A stretch of 56,445 nucleotides of DNA from a bacterium (GTDB lineage Bacteria; Patescibacteriota; Patescibacteriia; Patescibacteriales; UBA12465), in contig DAONYH010000005.1 of NCBI GenBank assembly GCA_035414245.1, positions 1-56,445 on the forward strand. The letters run 5' to 3'. Positions 55,311 to 56,445 of this stretch are shown in pieces (within the stretch, counting starts at the first letter, position 1; every line of letters begins with the position of its first letter). A program made the position numbers and the translations under genes. The notes under the pieces were generated by a model. It was not told where the DNA came from. It searched no databases and saw nothing but the letters and a program-made list of their open reading frames with translations.

Positions 55311-56183
55311 TTATTTTAGCAACGCTTTTAAGGCGTTTCGTTTTTTATTTGTTTCTTGATAGCCAAGATCAATTATTTGTTTAGTTACTGTTTGTGATAA
55401 ATAGCGTTTCGGATAAATATATTTTAAAAAATAAGAAGTATCAGGATTAATTAAAACATCACTTTCTTTTACATCATTTCTAGCTAAATTATAAAGAGCA
55501 ATGCGCGCGCTTTTTAGCGCTATTTTAGTTAAAGTAAAATTTTTTTCTTTAAATTCGTTGCGATGATAAAGATTAACAGCAATTATTTTCTTTGCCCCGA
55601 GCTTTTTCAGCACTTTAATTGGCACTGGATTGCTCAAGGCTCCATCAACTAAATGCGCTTTTATTCCTTTGGGAAGATTTAAGATAATTGGTACAGACGA
55701 ACTAGCTCTAACCGCTGTGGCAATGCTACCGTGAGAAAAAATAAAAGGTTCGCCGCTTGTTAAATCAGTAGCTAATATTCGTAAAGGTATTTTGGTTTGC
55801 GAGAAAGAAGCTTCACCAAATAGAAATTTTATGAATTTAATAAAACTAGGAGTATTAAAACCATCTCGGAAGTCTCGGAAATTTAAGTCAGGTAATTTAA
55901 ATAAATCATTTTTATATTTTGAAAATTTGTCTGTTAGACTATCAACTTCACCATGTAGAGCATAGTAAGCAGCGACCAAAGAGCCGATTGAAGAACCACT
56001 TATATAATTAATTGGAATGTTATTTTCCTGCAATGCTTTGATTACACCTAAATGAGCAAAGCCGCGAAAAGCACCGGCGCTTAAAGCTAAACCAATTTGA
56101 CATCCCTTTTTATTTTGACATCCCTTTTTATTTTGGCGACTTTTTTTATCTTGGCGCCCTTTTTTATTATTTATTTTAGCCAT
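55311..56183 (-). CDS. Patatin-like phospholipase
   Basis: Oxyanion-hole region LSAGAFRG, nucleophile motif GSSIG, catalytic Asp motif VDGALSNP. The N-terminus carries basic hexapeptide repeats. Confidence 0.85.
   Translation of the reverse strand: MAKINNKKGRQDKKSRQNKKGCQNKKGCQIGLALSAGAFRGFAHLGVIKALQENNIPINYISGSSIGSLVAAYYALHGEVDSLTDKFSKYKNDLFKLPDLNFRDFRDGFNTPSFIKFIKFLFGEASFSQTKIPLRILATDLTSGEPFIFSHGSIATAVRASSSVPIILNLPKGIKAHLVDGALSNPVPIKVLKKLGAKKIIAVNLYHRNEFKEKNFTLTKIALKSARIALYNLARNDVKESDVLINPDTSYFLKYIYPKRYLSQTVTKQIIDLGYQETNKKRNALKALLK
56094..56165 (-). repeat. In-frame 18-bp x4 tandem repeat at the patatin N-terminus
   Basis: Encodes KKGRQD-KKSRQN-KKGCQN-KKGCQI. The plus-strand units are AATTTGACATCCCTTTTT / ATTTTGACATCCCTTTTT / ATTTTGGCGACTTTTTTT / ATCTTGGCGCCCTTTTTT. 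Confidence 0.95.
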
Positions 56184-56374
56184 ATTTTTTTATATTTATG
56201 TTAAAACTATAGCATGAATGCTAATTAACAACCAGTTGCTAATCAACCTGCTAATTAACTGCCAAACAAAAAAGACGGACCTCTTGGGCACCGCCTTTTT
56301 TGTCATATTACGTTAATGTAACAGAATTATTATTTTAATTTAATCAAATTATTATTAAGCTTTAGTGATATTTA

Positions 56375-56445
56375 TTATTGAGCTTTAGTAACAATCACCG
56401 GGTTCTTATAAAGATCAGCTTGTTCAACTACAGCAATAATGAAAG
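56375..56445 (-). CDS. 3' end of an unidentified gene running off the window
   Basis: Only one minus-strand frame is open to the window edge (...FIIAVVEQADLYKNPVIVTKAQ*). It is too short to assign. Confidence 0.3.
   Translation of the reverse strand, partial: FIIAVVEQADLYKNPVIVTKAQ

Noticed and set aside
51620-56183. UvrA-like ABC ATPase + PLD + patatin as a three-gene anti-phage defence system
   Set aside because: Patatin and PLD-fold effectors do occur in defence systems. Here, however, the ATPase is a full UvrA with Zn modules and DNA-repair signatures, a 128-nt gap separates it from the PLD gene, and no sensor or cyclase-type partner is present. A lipid-metabolic reading is more economical, and I kept that only as a low-key hypothesis.

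Overview
This is an AT-rich, very gene-dense bacterial chromosomal segment with about 55 protein genes, one 16S rRNA gene and six tRNAs, read in the standard genetic code. Housekeeping genes (infC-rpmI-rplT-secG, RNase J, trxB, lgt, ppsA, smc, rplS, tsaE, glyQS, argS, a uvrA-like gene) are interleaved with envelope and surface genes. Several features suggest a Candidate Phyla Radiation / Patescibacteria-type organism; this is inference by eye, not a database result. They are: a 16S that differs from universal-primer sites and is transcribed alone with its own promoter, processing stem and terminator; an almost complete absence of Shine-Dalgarno sites; small genes; and the surface-gene repertoire. 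The most notable observations are: (i) A tandem array of six paralogous VirB2/TrbC-like pilin-type genes (23301-25925), plus a seventh copy at 30647-31096. No type IV secretion machinery is in the window, and a GT-C-like / polyprenol-phosphate GT2 pair lies divergently next to the array. (ii) A 1005-aa protein (47260-50277) that is a covalent tandem duplication of a complete GspE/PilB-type secretion ATPase. (iii) A 674-aa protein with nine near-identical 20-aa LRR-like repeats, sitting next to tRNA-Leu/tRNA-Val and bracketed by ~45-bp direct repeats of a terminator module. (iv) An orphan ~150-nt promoter-to-terminator unit (7371-7552) that probably encodes a structured RNA. (v) A UvrA homologue lacking the UvrB-binding domain, followed by PLD and patatin phospholipase genes. 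Short tandem duplications of 10-20 bp, including in-frame 18-bp repeats, are unusually frequent. I saw no transposases, integrases, CRISPR arrays or recognisable defence systems.
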